Shown here piece after piece: positions 1-10,994 of a DNA stretch of 64,000 nucleotides (position 1 is its first letter; each line of letters begins with the position of its first letter). The stretch is from assembly GCA_041641295.1 (NCBI GenBank), contig JBEPYO010000001.1, positions 1,056,001 to 1,120,000 of the forward strand, given 5' to 3'. Below the pieces are notes generated by a model, which ran no database searches, was not told where the DNA came from, and saw only the letters and a program-made list of their open reading frames with translations. The translations under genes and the position numbers were made by a program. This stretch comes from Nitrososphaerota archaeon. Lineage in GTDB: Archaea > Thermoproteota > Nitrososphaeria_A > Caldarchaeales > Calditenuaceae.

Positions 1-194
1 ATAGTTATAATATTTTCACGCACCCTACCGTTATTAAATACACGCGAAAGGAGGAATAGGCATTAGAATAATTGAGGCTAAGCGCTGTTTTGACCAACTT
101 TTTAAGATCCGACTACTTTCTCTCCATTATCCCCTATCGTCCCGAGAGGTGGTTATGCGGTGGGATTTAGAAGAGTGTTTTATGGCCTCAGTTT

Positions 195-853
195 TTAACT
201 GCCTCCCTCGTTATTGGGTCCTCTATCCAATAGTATCCTTCCTTCCCCTCCACTATTCATTGCCGATGTTAGATTTTTTAGGATATCGTTTAGAACCTTG
301 CTGTTTATGTTGAGCTCCCTTTTAATATCACTCCACCTCGCACCTGTTCTAACGATTCTTAACACCTTTACGTAGAGTTCTCTCCTCCTATTTTTGAGGA
401 AGTGGTCTAGCTCAGTTTGAATGATCTTTGAGCCCTCCCTCACGGTCTCCCTTAAGGCCTCATCATGCGGGAGCCTCCTCTCGCACCTGAAGTTCCCATA
501 ATATGTCAGCCACCCATTATCCTATCCTTCACGCGCTGGAAAGCCTCGTCCAAGACCCTGCCCCATCTTATCTGCAGGAACTTCAGGTTGAGTGTCAGCT
601 CATCCAGTTTCAGCCCCAACCCAGCGAGAAGCCTTTTTGAAGCATCTTCAAAACTCCTCGCTCCGAGAAGATTAACATATATCCCCCTGTTCTCTTTCGC
701 GAACGTCTTTATCAGGCTCGTCTTCCCAGTCATCCTCTTGCCCAGCACCGCGACCCAAAGCCCTGAGCCCGTTAAGCGCGAAAGCTCCCGATACTCCGCA
801 ACCCTGTCATACAGGTCTTTGAGCGATTCTTTAGGCCTTAGATCAAAGAGCAA
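195..853 (-). pseudogene. Archaeal ATPase (P-loop + C-terminal wHTH), internally deleted/frameshifted
   Basis: 506..853 starts MLFDLRPKE and has Walker A GKRMTGKTS. A different frame resumes with GWLTYYGN and a wHTH (WSDIKRELNINSKVLNDILKNL) at 195..~505. The Walker B/middle region is absent. Confidence 0.8.
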
Positions 854-854
854 A

Positions 855-884
855 GTTACCTACGTAACCGGTTACCTACGTAAC
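855..884. promoter_or_regulatory. Tandem quasi-palindromic operator-like repeat GTTACCTACGTAAC x2
   Basis: Exact 14-mers at 855-868 and 871-884, each GTTAC-N4-GTAAC, immediately upstream of the ATPase start. Confidence 0.55.
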
Positions 885-1359
885 TATTAATCCTTTCCAA
901 CGTTTTAATCCCTTAACTTTTAGGCTAAATAAGGTGGGGGTTGCGGCTTTAAAAACCGAACGTACGTGCAGCCATATGTCCCAGTGCGCGGCCCCTATGC
1001 GGATACGCCACAATCACTACCAGCAGAGCAGGTACATGACCCCAGTCAGCATACCGAAGGAGAAGGTCAGCCCACGATCGCTAGTACTTGGCAACTCACT
1101 CCACTGCCTTCCGCGAAACAAGAGGTGAGACGAGGAGCCAAAACGAATCCGGAAAAGCTGGCCAGAATGGATCTGATACTGAGTCAAATACTCCCGCTCA
1201 AGATTTTTCCGAGACTCATTTCTCAGACCTATGCGCATAATGTTTCATAATACTCTTTAATCAACCTCTTCTGCTTTGATTAGACTTGCATCTTTACTCA
1301 CATCACGGTCGCGGTGGATTTCAGCATCAGCAATAATGCTTTCTATCACCTAGAGATTA

Positions 1360-2655
1360 TTAAGAAAAGACTCTAATTTGGAGAGGATGGGGACTACCTA
1401 TCACAACCTCTGCACCCGTCCTCTTGATCGCGTTGAGTACTTTCTCGAGTGATGTGTAGATTATGTAGGCCTCCTCCAAGCTCCTTGAGTCGCGCCAGGG
1501 CTTCGCTGGCGTTCGGATCAATAGCCTGTGACCTTTAACCCTCGCCTCCCACACCAACTCTAACAGGTCTGAAGTATCGTATAGTACGTGGCCTATGTAG
1601 ATGAGGTCTAGAGCTGGACCCGGCCTTCTAATCGCGAGCCTCAGCCGTTTGCCCAGTTGTTGTCTCCTCCTCGCGGCTAGGATCCTGGCAATCCCTCTCC
1701 TCCTCGTCCTCTCTAGGACTGCTACCAGCTCCCCCGACGGCTGGGGCTCTAGGAGTTCGTATATGCCCCCCATCTCCGCCTCCACCCTCTCCAACACATG
1801 TGCGAGCGCGGTTTCCAGTGTTTCCCTGGGCCCCAGCCCATCCAGATAAAGCTCCGAGCCTTCACCAGACTTGATCATCAAGCTAATCGGGGCTCCGGTT
1901 GAGGCTGCTCCGACAACGCTTGAGAGGAAGATCGCGGCTAGCTCATCCGCAGTAATGGGTCCCGGAGCCCTCTCATCATAGACTATGAGGAATGAGGACG
2001 ATATTTCTTCTAGATACTCTTTCACCATGAGCTTTGAGTGGCGGGCGGTCGCCTTCCACTCCACCAGCCTTAACGAGTCTCCAGGGATATACTCTCTTAT
2101 ACCATAGTACTCGTCTCCCCAGCCTGTCCTCCTCCCGGGGGCTATACCTTGCCAAGCCAAGCCTGTCCCCAGCATCCTCGCTATTTCCAGAATCCAAGGA
2201 AACACTCTCGGATAGGCCTTAACCTCTATCCTCACGGGGAGGCTCGCGCTGGCTTTCATCAGGCGCAGCCTTCCCTCGACCTTGGCCCTCAGACTCTCCA
2301 GCACGTATACCCCGCTGAGCTGAGGTTTGACTTCGACCACTATGAGGCTTTTTGAGGGGAGATATGAGGCGGAATACCAATCCCCACCCTCCAGCTCCAT
2401 CTCGACTGGGCCCAGGGCCTCTATCTCAATGGTCCTTGATTCTCCTGTCTGGACCCTTAGACTGATCGCGGAGGGGTTCAGGTATGTCTCTAAGAGCCTC
2501 CTAGACCTTAACAGGGCTGAGACCGTGTCTAGGGCCATGGCTGTAAGGAGGGCGGCGGTAACGGCTGCTAGCGTGGGATCCCAGAACAGGACTGAGAGCA
2601 TGGCCGTGGCCGCCGCGGCCGCTACCAGCCTTGCCCCGCGCTGGGTGGGCCTCAA
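1360..2655 (-). CDS. DUF58 family protein (MoxR partner, vWA-like)
   Basis: N-terminal TMs; motif EYYGIREYIPGDSLRLVEWKATAR...LMVKEY; adjacent to MoxR. Confidence 0.9.
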   Translation of the reverse strand: MRPTQRGARLVAAAAATAMLSVLFWDPTLAAVTAALLTAMALDTVSALLRSRRLLETYLNPSAISLRVQTGESRTIEIEALGPVEMELEGGDWYSASYLPSKSLIVVEVKPQLSGVYVLESLRAKVEGRLRLMKASASLPVRIEVKAYPRVFPWILEIARMLGTGLAWQGIAPGRRTGWGDEYYGIREYIPGDSLRLVEWKATARHSKLMVKEYLEEISSSFLIVYDERAPGPITADELAAIFLSSVVGAASTGAPISLMIKSGEGSELYLDGLGPRETLETALAHVLERVEAEMGGIYELLEPQPSGELVAVLERTRRRGIARILAARRRQQLGKRLRLAIRRPGPALDLIYIGHVLYDTSDLLELVWEARVKGHRLLIRTPAKPWRDSRSLEEAYIIYTSLEKVLNAIKRTGAEVVIGSPHPLQIRVFS

Positions 2656-3584
2656 GCCTTCGGCACCTCTACCGTCTCTAAGGCCCGCTTTATCAGCGTC
2701 TCAGGAAGGACCCCGTCGGCCTCGTACTCAGGCTTGATTCTGATTCTGTGCTCTAGGACCGGCCTAGCCAGTGCCTTGATGTCGTCAGGAATCACGTAGC
2801 TTCTCCCCTCTATGTAAGCCAAGGCCCTCCCACCTTTGTAGAGCCAGATACTGGCCCTCGGGCTAGGCCCTAGCCTGACCTCCTTCATAGACCTGATAGT
2901 GTTGACGAGGTCTAGGATGTATCGCTTGACGGCGTCCGAGACGCGTACCTTCTTCACACTCTCCACTAGGGCCGTAACCTCTTCCGGGGTCAACACCTGC
3001 CGTATCTCAGGTCTCTCGAGCTCATCTATCCTCGTAATTATCTCCAGCTCCTCAGCAACGGTCGGGTACTCCACTCTCACCTTGTAAGCGAACCTGTCAA
3101 CGAAGACATCCGTCAGGGGATAGGTTCCCTCACCGCCGTAAGGTGTCTGCGTCGCAAGTACTATGAAGGGCTTCGGTAGAGGTATAGTCATCCCCTCAAT
3201 CGTGACTTGATGTTCCTGCATCGCCTCCAAGAGCGCCGACTGCGTCTTCGGCGTAGCCCTGTTAAGCTCGTCAGCCAAGACCACGTTGGCGAATATCGGG
3301 CCATACTTGATGCCCCAGCTACCCTCACTCAGCCTGTAATAGGTCGTCCCTATCAGGTCTGCGGGGAGGAGATCCGGGGTCATCTGAATCCTCTTAAAGT
3401 CTCCACCTATCGTCTGAGCTAAGCTCTTAGCTATCATGGTCTTTCCCACGCCCGGAGGCCCCTCGAGAAGCACGTGCCCCTCACTCAGCAAGGCCACCCA
3501 CAGCATCTTGAGGATATCTCTCTTCCCCACGATGATTCTTGAGACCTCCTCCAAGACCCTGAAGGGTCTAGGCCTAAATCCCAT
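2652..3584 (-). CDS. moxR: MoxR family AAA+ ATPase
   Basis: GHVLLEGPPGVGKT, RIQMTPDLLPAD, DELNRATPKTQSALLEAMQE, GPSPRA. Confidence 0.95.
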   Translation of the reverse strand: MGFRPRPFRVLEEVSRIIVGKRDILKMLWVALLSEGHVLLEGPPGVGKTMIAKSLAQTIGGDFKRIQMTPDLLPADLIGTTYYRLSEGSWGIKYGPIFANVVLADELNRATPKTQSALLEAMQEHQVTIEGMTIPLPKPFIVLATQTPYGGEGTYPLTDVFVDRFAYKVRVEYPTVAEELEIITRIDELERPEIRQVLTPEEVTALVESVKKVRVSDAVKRYILDLVNTIRSMKEVRLGPSPRASIWLYKGGRALAYIEGRSYVIPDDIKALARPVLEHRIRIKPEYEADGVLPETLIKRALETVEVPKA

Positions 3585-4542
3585 GCCGCAGGTCCTCCTC
3601 CAGCATCTCCAGTATCTTTCTATCCCAGTCTGGGTGCCTCTTTAAAATATCCTCCACTCCACTCCTCTTAACCCTCACCTGCTTATACCTAATCCTCAAA
3701 ACCACCGCAGTTGTCACAAGGACCATGGAGTACTTGACCTCGGGTATTGAGGCGAGGTGGAAGACGGCTGCGAGGGCCTCCTTAGCCCTAGACAACGTGC
3801 CTACTCGCCAATGAGATATGTCGAGCAGTGGCCGACGCCCATCTAGTATCCGCGCCGCGAGCTCGGCATTCCCCTCAGACTCAAACATACTGTTTATCAT
3901 GAAGCTGGAGTCCGAGACAACTATGACTCTCCCCCCACCGAAGTTTGTTTCGGCGGCCACTGAGAAGGGTCCTCTGGGCTCGCCTTCATCCCATTCCATA
4001 TTGCCATTCAGGTCTAGAAAGCTGAAGGAACTTGAGCTGGCCAGCGTCTTGAAGCCGTGCCCAGTTACTATTGTGGCGTAATTGAATGTGGGGCCCACTG
4101 CCTCCAGCCCCGCGATGCGAATTATCTTCGGCAGTTGCCTGGACTTCAGCTTGAAGTGGGGGTCTAGCAGAAGTGAGCCATCAAGCCTGATGTCTAGGCC
4201 GAGCATCTCAAGAAGTTCATTACCCGTCCCGAAGTCGTCTGCCAAGATGAGGAGACCTCCCTCCACGAGGAATCTCCTTATCGCCTCAGCCTCTTCGTAC
4301 GTGAAGGGGATCGAGGGCCCAAGGATTAAGAGGACATGCTCGCGGGCCTTCCCCGAACCCGTATAGACCCCCAGCCTCCTCAGATCCTCTAAGGGGCTTA
4401 GCCCAAGGGCTTCACTCGCCCGCGAGAGGCCGTTCCAGAACGGGTTCGCAGGGTTGAAATCGTCTATAGGAGGCATATAGTGGATCGTCAATACCAAGAC
4501 GACTATTGCTGAGGTGAGACCCAGTGCTACTGGTCTCTTCAC
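3574..4542 (-). CDS. DUF4350-like membrane-anchored protein
   Basis: N-terminal TM, NPFWNGLS, GGLLILADDFG, GRVIVVSDSSFMINSM; MoxR operon context. Confidence 0.75.
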   Translation of the reverse strand: MKRPVALGLTSAIVVLVLTIHYMPPIDDFNPANPFWNGLSRASEALGLSPLEDLRRLGVYTGSGKAREHVLLILGPSIPFTYEEAEAIRRFLVEGGLLILADDFGTGNELLEMLGLDIRLDGSLLLDPHFKLKSRQLPKIIRIAGLEAVGPTFNYATIVTGHGFKTLASSSSFSFLDLNGNMEWDEGEPRGPFSVAAETNFGGGRVIVVSDSSFMINSMFESEGNAELAARILDGRRPLLDISHWRVGTLSRAKEALAAVFHLASIPEVKYSMVLVTTAVVLRIRYKQVRVKRSGVEDILKRHPDWDRKILEMLEEDLRHGI

Positions 4543-6377
4543 AGCTCTACAACCCCCAGAGTGCTCCGAAGTTTTTCTAGGAGGGTGAGAGCCTCTGAGA
4601 CGTCCTGCATCACACCTCCGTAAACCTCCTCCTCAAGCATAAAGCTCAGCCTCTCGAAGGATTCTACACTCCTTCCAAGCTTGGGCCTCACCCTATCAAG
4701 ATATCCCCTCACGGTGTCGCTAGCCCTAAGTTCCTCGCCAGTCACCACAGCCACGATCTCAGCAGCCTTAAGGTATATCAATGATAATTGGCTGATCTCC
4801 CCGGCCGCGGGTTCTGGTGCTTCAGGCAGAGCATCCTCAGACACCACTGCATGAGGCTTAGTCCTCCGCAGAGAGAAGAGATTATTCGTTAGAAACGCGG
4901 CTAGGCCCAGCGGGATTATCAGGAGGTAGGGATTGAGGATGAGTGAGGCCACGTTAATGCCAGTAGTCTTGTAGTATGGCTCTGAGGGATTCACTAGGAT
5001 CGTTACTTGGTGCCAGCCCGAGGAGTGGGTTAGCGGGACCAATAGCTGGGCCTCGAAGCGTCCCTCACCATCCGTCTCCACTACGCTGACAGCTCCGAAA
5101 CCCTCAACCCTAACCACAGCACCCTCAACACCATCCATGGGTCCTCGTAGGAGACCCCTCACCACAGAGGGGAGGCCTGCCAAGGACAGAGGAGGCACCT
5201 CTACCTCCAGTTCTAGGGGGATTCTATAGACCTCGACTCTCACAGCCGCCGTGGCTGGTGCGTAAACGTGTCTAGCCGATGTGCGTATCTTCAGGGTTTG
5301 GGGGCCCTCGGCAGCGTCTGGAGGGACAGTAAATGTGAATCTGAAGCCGCCTCTCTCATCGACGATGCCTCTCAAGGTTCTATTAAGCCCCTCTAACCAG
5401 ACCTCCAGCCCCGGAACATCCACTAGGCCAGTGACTGTTAGGCTCTCGGTGGGCAGGACCCTCTCCCTATCCAGCCACACCTCTAGGCGCGGGGCTAGGT
5501 ACAGGAGATTCACCTCCACCTCATTTGACTTGGAGGCGGCCAAGGCTCCGACGTCTGCGCCAGAGGGCTTAAACAATGCTTGAACAGAAATCTTGGGCTT
5601 GTAGATGTATGGGATTCTCAAGGTGGTCCTGAAAACTCCTCCCCGGCCCGTCACAGCCTCGGCTGCAGGGGCCCCATCTATCGTTATTGTGACCAGCCGG
5701 CCCTCCAGCGGTGTACCATCTTCTAAGGATAGTGCTCCAATGACGGCGACATCGGAGCCAACCCAGGCCTCGGCCTCCTCAACAGATATCGTTAGGCTGG
5801 TATGGGCTGGCTGGATTCCTTTGAGCATCTCGGCCAGCTCATCTATATCCAACCCGTAGGCCTCTATAAGGAGGGCTAGTGTTCTTAGCTGGCCTCCGAG
5901 GGGCATTGGTATTGCTCTAGTCAGTTCTCGGGAGGCCGCCTCGAGCTCTGTGTGTATGATTCTTGCCTTGGCTAGGGCGGTAGATGCTTCTTGGAGGTGT
6001 TTTGAGGCATTCCTCGTGAACCCCTGCTCTATGAAGATTCTAGCCAGCTCTATCTGGACGTCCGTCTGATTCAGGAGGCTTACCTCGTCGCTGAGGAGCT
6101 CGTGGAACCTGTTTATGATGAATCTGAGGGGCTCGGGGGCGTAGACTCTGTAGGCCTCCTTCAGCCTCGAGACGGCCTCCGTGTAGTTTCCTTTACTCGC
6201 CGCGTCTACAACTCCTCCGTAGATCGTGACGAGGAGTAGGTCCGGGGGGGCCTCCTCAGTTATCTCCGCCGGGTTTACATGCCTCGGATACGTGGTCTGG
6301 GCTATCGAGTAGCCCATAATAGCCATAGCCGACAGGCCTATCACTATCGATAGGAGGACCAGTCTTAACCCGCTCAT
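4539..6377 (-). CDS. Secreted/membrane protein with helical region, Ig-like repeats, TM and DUF4129-like C-terminus
   Basis: Signal-like N-terminus, repeated beta-rich T..G.F motifs, C-terminal TM then TVRGYL...FERLS..LEEEVYG. Confidence 0.7.
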   Translation of the reverse strand: MSGLRLVLLSIVIGLSAMAIMGYSIAQTTYPRHVNPAEITEEAPPDLLLVTIYGGVVDAASKGNYTEAVSRLKEAYRVYAPEPLRFIINRFHELLSDEVSLLNQTDVQIELARIFIEQGFTRNASKHLQEASTALAKARIIHTELEAASRELTRAIPMPLGGQLRTLALLIEAYGLDIDELAEMLKGIQPAHTSLTISVEEAEAWVGSDVAVIGALSLEDGTPLEGRLVTITIDGAPAAEAVTGRGGVFRTTLRIPYIYKPKISVQALFKPSGADVGALAASKSNEVEVNLLYLAPRLEVWLDRERVLPTESLTVTGLVDVPGLEVWLEGLNRTLRGIVDERGGFRFTFTVPPDAAEGPQTLKIRTSARHVYAPATAAVRVEVYRIPLELEVEVPPLSLAGLPSVVRGLLRGPMDGVEGAVVRVEGFGAVSVVETDGEGRFEAQLLVPLTHSSGWHQVTILVNPSEPYYKTTGINVASLILNPYLLIIPLGLAAFLTNNLFSLRRTKPHAVVSEDALPEAPEPAAGEISQLSLIYLKAAEIVAVVTGEELRASDTVRGYLDRVRPKLGRSVESFERLSFMLEEEVYGGVMQDVSEALTLLEKLRSTLGVVEL

Positions 6378-6622
6378 CCCGCCAGAACCTCCGCCACCCT
6401 AAGCGCCACTATCATGGCGAAGACTGCGAGTAGTGCTATGGCTATGACGTCTAAGAACCTGCGCCTCGGCCTAAAGATGGCCAGCGCCGCGAAGTACTCA
6501 ACGGTGAACATGCTTACGTAGACGTCGAGTCTTGACTCTCCCAGGGCTGATAGAGCCGTGACCGTTATGACAATCATCACGCCCAGTACAATATTAAAGG
6601 CCATGTTCTTGTCCAAGCTCAT
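6374..6622 (-). CDS. Small 3-TM membrane protein
   Basis: 82 aa hydrophobic; overlaps both neighbours by 4 nt. Confidence 0.7.
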   Translation of the reverse strand: MSLDKNMAFNIVLGVMIVITVTALSALGESRLDVYVSMFTVEYFAALAIFRPRRRFLDVIAIALLAVFAMIVALRVAEVLAG

Positions 6623-7314
6623 TCAAGGACCTCCAAAACGATCGTCCTCACCCTTACCTCATCCCTCTCAAGAGCCACCCTCACAGGCCTCTTGAGAATC
6701 GCTGCCGCGACACAGGCTGCGACAGAAGCCTCGAGGGAACCCATCACCCTGATGAATCTCCCAGCGCCGATCAACCCCCTCGCACCCCTCACCTCCAAGA
6801 CGATGCAATCCCCACGATGCACCGTTGTGACCGACTCGCAGAGCTCTGTCTGGTCGACTAGAACCTCTGAGAGGGCGGCCTCGAGCCCCTCGGGGAGTTC
6901 TCCGAGTCTTACCAGCTCGGAGCCCGGGGGTAGGACGATGAGGTAGGGCTCCCCCTGCCACTCGGCTATCAACCGCCCTGCCTGGAGGCCAGGCGGCATA
7001 GGCCCCTTATCCGACACCAGCGGGACGTGCGTGTAGACCCTCCCGTCATCGTGCTGGACATAATAGGCTTTGTGCTGGGCGTCAACCTCCTCTAGCAGGG
7101 CCTCCAGGCCCAGCGTCGAGCCTTCTAGGAGGGCCCTCACGGTCCTACGCGGCATCGGCTCAGTCGGCGTCAAGAGGATTGAGAGGCCTAGGATGAGGAG
7201 GCCTATCCCCAGCGCAGTCATGGGTGTACTGGATATCAATAGGTAAGAGTATAGGGCTAGGGCGGCTCCGAAGGACGCGAGTGAGGCCCCGAAGGCGTGG
7301 AACCCATCCAACAC
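6619..7314 (-). CDS. Membrane protein, 2 TM plus V4R-like cytoplasmic domain
   Basis: Two N-terminal TMs, GSLEASVAACVAA motif; operon-coupled. Confidence 0.65.
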   Translation of the reverse strand: MLDGFHAFGASLASFGAALALYSYLLISSTPMTALGIGLLILGLSILLTPTEPMPRRTVRALLEGSTLGLEALLEEVDAQHKAYYVQHDDGRVYTHVPLVSDKGPMPPGLQAGRLIAEWQGEPYLIVLPPGSELVRLGELPEGLEAALSEVLVDQTELCESVTTVHRGDCIVLEVRGARGLIGAGRFIRVMGSLEASVAACVAAAILKRPVRVALERDEVRVRTIVLEVLE

Positions 7315-7543
7315 TCAATCCTCCCCGGCTTTCAGATCCATATGGGCGTGGAGCCTCGATGCTCTGCAGCTGTGATGCGGGTGATGACCAGCAGCGGGTG
7401 TGAGGTGGTGAGTATGGTTATAAAGTAAGCCTAAATCATGCATCGACTCTCATTAACTGTTAAGCAATTTATATGCATTACCGCTTCAACACATAGTCCC
7501 CATGTTGCCTCAAATCTGTGGTAGAGCTGGCGCCACATCACTC

Positions 7544-8200
7544 TTAATACTCGTGTAGGCGGCCATCTTTGAGTATGTAGTCCTTGTCTGCCGGTATTTC
7601 TTCGTGGAGGTCCGTAGTCGTTAGAACCACCGTCACCCCGCCCTCCCTGTTTATCCTGCCCAGAAGCTCCATCACCATGCTAGAGTTCTCGTCGTCAAGG
7701 CTCGATGTAGGCTCGTCTGCGACTATTATCCTCGGACTGTTCACCAGGGCCCTTATAATGGCTACTCGCTGCCTCTCTCCACCGCTCAGTGTGTCTGGAA
7801 ACCTCTCCGCTAGGCCCTGAAGGTCGAAGTATCTCAAGAGCTCTAGAGCCCTCTCCCTCCTACTCCGCCCATCCACCCCCGCGAGCGCCAGTGGAAGCTC
7901 AATGTTCTCCAGGACAGTCAGCGATGGGATCAGGTTGAAGAACTGGAAGACGAAGCCTATACCGTGAAGCCTCAGCCTCGACCTCTCATCGTCGCCCAGT
8001 CCATCGACCCGTCTGCCGAAGAGCCTGACCTCCCCGCTGTCCGGCCGCTCTAGGAGGCCAATGATCTTGAGGAGTGTTGTCTTGCCGGCGCCCGATTTGC
8101 CCCTGATCGAGACGAATTCGCCCCCATCGACCCTCAGGCTCAGGTTCTTCAGGACCCCTGTAGCCCCGTATGACTTCCAGATGTTGGATAGCTCTATCAA
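7544..8200 (-). CDS. ABC ATP-binding protein, LolD/MacB type
   Basis: GKSGAGKTT, GFVFQFFNL, LSGGERQRVAI, ADEPT; the H-loop reads TTD rather than THD. Confidence 0.92.
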   Translation of the reverse strand: MIELSNIWKSYGATGVLKNLSLRVDGGEFVSIRGKSGAGKTTLLKIIGLLERPDSGEVRLFGRRVDGLGDDERSRLRLHGIGFVFQFFNLIPSLTVLENIELPLALAGVDGRSRRERALELLRYFDLQGLAERFPDTLSGGERQRVAIIRALVNSPRIIVADEPTSSLDDENSSMVMELLGRINREGGVTVVLTTTDLHEEIPADKDYILKDGRLHEY

Positions 8201-9810
8201 GCGCCTCTACTCCCCACGACTTTTACGAAACCGTTCGAGTATATGGTATTCAGATCATACGTTTTCTCCATCCAACCCAGAGGCAGGTCTACACTATAGC
8301 CCCCATACAATACATATCCTTTCTCGAGCATCTGATCGTAGATGTATAGGGTTTTCGGCTCCGACCGGGTTTTTCCGGTCAAGTATCGGAGCCCCTGAAG
8401 CACGTCAACGCTCACGTTAAAGTATCCCTGGAGGAGGTAGGATGTCTTCACGTCTGCTGAAACAACCTGGCCCCCGCCTACCGTTGAGATCCATGCCGAT
8501 GCCTCGTATTCCTGGGGCCTGAAGAGCCAGAAGTAAGTCATATACCGCTCTTGAAGGGAGACAGATGCATACAGGCTGTAGGAGCCCATAGCCGCGATCA
8601 GGAGAAGCGCAGTAGCTGTAAACGTCTTTTTCAGCCTCCGCTTATGCTTGCATCCTACCGCTAGGCCTGTTCCATGGAATCCGACCGCGCATAGAAAAGC
8701 CAGCGGGGGCCAGAGGAAGTTTAGCGTCCTAAATGCTAAGCTCAGGCCTATGGGTGAGTTGCCGAAAACTGCATAGCATGCGGCTCCGAGGATCGTGGCG
8801 GCCCAGAAGACCGGCACCATTCTCCACTCGCTCATTATGCTTCGTGGCTCCCAAAACCCTAACGTAGCTAATGGGGCGGATAGAATGAACGGCATTGCAT
8901 AGATCATGTAGTGGTTGGGAAAAATCGGCGCGTCCGGAAATATTGGTGTCTTAGTGCTTATAAACGCTATCATGGATGCCGTCGCGACAGCGGCGCATGT
9001 GAGGCTCGCTTTAACTAGCGGATGTGCGTGGGGCTTGAAAGCAGAGTGTAGAGCTAGTGTGAAGGCGGCTGCCTGATACGAAGCTGCCGAAATAAGATCA
9101 CTAGCTGTTATGGCTATCTTGAATCCTTTATACGCGAAGAAAATGAAGTACAGGGCGGTAGCTGTCGCCAAGATCGAAACGTTCAGGACGCCAGTCTTCT
9201 CTAAACCTATGCCCTGTCTAAACCTCGTAAGGGACTTGGCTAATGTTATGGCGGCTAGAGCGGCTATTGTTATTATGGCTGTAAGATGATGAGATGAGGC
9301 CAGGGCTATAGAGGCTATCGTGAAGAGGAGTGTTTTCCTCCATCCTCCCCGCGCCAAGAATATGAAGATGCTTAGCATGTATATGGGGTTGGCGAAAGTC
9401 TCCTTCGTAACACCTGCAGTGAACATGACATGTGGATAGCCCGTAGCTAGAAGTAGGGCAGCTATAAACGCAATCACATGATTTCCGCTGAGGGCTCTAA
9501 CTAGGGCATACAGGATAAGTATGGTTATGGCCCCCGCCAGCGGTATGCCCACCGCCATTGCCTCCAAGGGCTTGAGGCCTGTTATCTGGGTGAGGACTGC
9601 TCCGAAGATGCTGCTCGCGGGCCAGTAGTTGTTGTAGCCGTCGAACACTGCGTCGTCAAGGCTTATGGGAGTGTTTTCTATGAGCAGCTCCGTGTTCCTT
9701 ATGATGGGCCAGCCGTCTGTCGAGTACGGTAGCCCGCTCAGGAGAGTTGGGTAGAGCCTCAACGCGACAGCAATGAAGAAGGGTATGACCGAGTAAAGGG
9801 TCGCCCTCAT
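8197..9810 (-). CDS. Polytopic membrane protein, GT-C-like (putative lipid-phosphosugar-dependent transferase)
   Basis: Many TMs, early loop STDGW and YNNYWP, soluble C-terminal domain ending IYSNG. Confidence 0.55.
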   Translation of the reverse strand: MRATLYSVIPFFIAVALRLYPTLLSGLPYSTDGWPIIRNTELLIENTPISLDDAVFDGYNNYWPASSIFGAVLTQITGLKPLEAMAVGIPLAGAITILILYALVRALSGNHVIAFIAALLLATGYPHVMFTAGVTKETFANPIYMLSIFIFLARGGWRKTLLFTIASIALASSHHLTAIITIAALAAITLAKSLTRFRQGIGLEKTGVLNVSILATATALYFIFFAYKGFKIAITASDLISAASYQAAAFTLALHSAFKPHAHPLVKASLTCAAVATASMIAFISTKTPIFPDAPIFPNHYMIYAMPFILSAPLATLGFWEPRSIMSEWRMVPVFWAATILGAACYAVFGNSPIGLSLAFRTLNFLWPPLAFLCAVGFHGTGLAVGCKHKRRLKKTFTATALLLIAAMGSYSLYASVSLQERYMTYFWLFRPQEYEASAWISTVGGGQVVSADVKTSYLLQGYFNVSVDVLQGLRYLTGKTRSEPKTLYIYDQMLEKGYVLYGGYSVDLPLGWMEKTYDLNTIYSNGFVKVVGSRGA

Positions 9811-10994
9811 CCCAGCTCCGAGCGTATAACGCCCAGAGCGACTAGGACGATCGAGAGTATGAAGTTGATGGCTATGATTAGGGGGTCGGGCTGGAACTGG
9901 ACCGTGTGTGACAGGACCTGCAGGTAGCCGTTTTCATGGATAAAGACCATGACCACTGAAGCCGCGGTCACTCCAGCAGACGATGAGACTATAGACCACG
10001 GTAAGAGCTTGACTAGCAGGTCTCTCTTTACCAGTTTTTTGGAGGCTCCTATCGACCTTAATACTTCTATCTCGCCCCTATGCTGTGCTACTATGCTTCT
10101 GGATGCAGCCACTATGCTCGTGCCGGAGAATAGGAAGACCAGCGCTGAGAGGGTGATCAGGGCCTCCCTAGTCACTCCATACCTCTCCATGTAGCTTTTC
10201 ATGAACCTCTGCGCCTCCTCAACCCCTATCCTCTCTACAGTGAAGCGCGCAGTGATCCTTGGTATGATCGGCTGGCCTGGCGGCTGCTGCTGGCTAGGCT
10301 CCCCCCGGCCTGGGGCTGGCTCTTCGGCCTCCTTGGCAACCTCATCAAAGATTCGGACAGGACTTATGGCGCCTTTGTCTATTCTGAATCTTATGAGGGT
10401 TACGTGGCCGTAGTCGGCTCCCCTGAGCCATTGACCCACGTACAAGGGCGCGAGGGCCTCATCATCCATGACCGAGCCCGACTCGTAGACTCCCTTAACA
10501 TGCAGCTCCACATACTGGTCTCTTAAAACGCTGAAGACCAGTACTTTATCGCCGGGCTTAAGGCCCAGAGTCCTTGCCAAGCGCTTCCCAACAATCATTG
10601 AGTATGTGTCGTTGAGCTGAAGCATCTCCCCATCCATTATCTTTAGCTTGGTTAGCTTGGCGAACTCCTTCGGGACCACCCCCCTGACGAATACGGCCCT
10701 ACCGTCTATGATGCATGGTGCTATCGCCTCTGGACTGCTGGCCAGGACACCTTCAAGGACTCCTATCCTCTCGGCCAAATAGGCTGGAACCAGTCCTGTG
10801 AAGGGTGTGCTGCTCCCCTTATCATATAGCACCACAATGTCTTCTCCACCGCCCATATAAGCTATGAAGCCACCATAGAACCCCACCAAGCTGAAGGCCA
10901 TCATCGAGAAGAGCGCCGAAGCTAGGGTCAGTATCAGGACTAGGGTCGTGATGCGTCTCCGCTTCAGGTATCTGAAGCCCGCGAGCCCACTCAT
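9807..10994 (-). CDS. ABC permease, FtsX/MacB family
   Basis: TM, large extracellular domain, EIEVLRSIGAS, 3 TMs. Confidence 0.88.
   Translation of the reverse strand: MSGLAGFRYLKRRRITTLVLILTLASALFSMMAFSLVGFYGGFIAYMGGGEDIVVLYDKGSSTPFTGLVPAYLAERIGVLEGVLASSPEAIAPCIIDGRAVFVRGVVPKEFAKLTKLKIMDGEMLQLNDTYSMIVGKRLARTLGLKPGDKVLVFSVLRDQYVELHVKGVYESGSVMDDEALAPLYVGQWLRGADYGHVTLIRFRIDKGAISPVRIFDEVAKEAEEPAPGRGEPSQQQPPGQPIIPRITARFTVERIGVEEAQRFMKSYMERYGVTREALITLSALVFLFSGTSIVAASRSIVAQHRGEIEVLRSIGASKKLVKRDLLVKLLPWSIVSSSAGVTAASVVMVFIHENGYLQVLSHTVQFQPDPLIIAINFILSIVLVALGVIRSELG

Noticed and set aside
934-1340. Short ORFs between the ATPase remnant and DUF58
   Set aside because: No motif or consistent frame.
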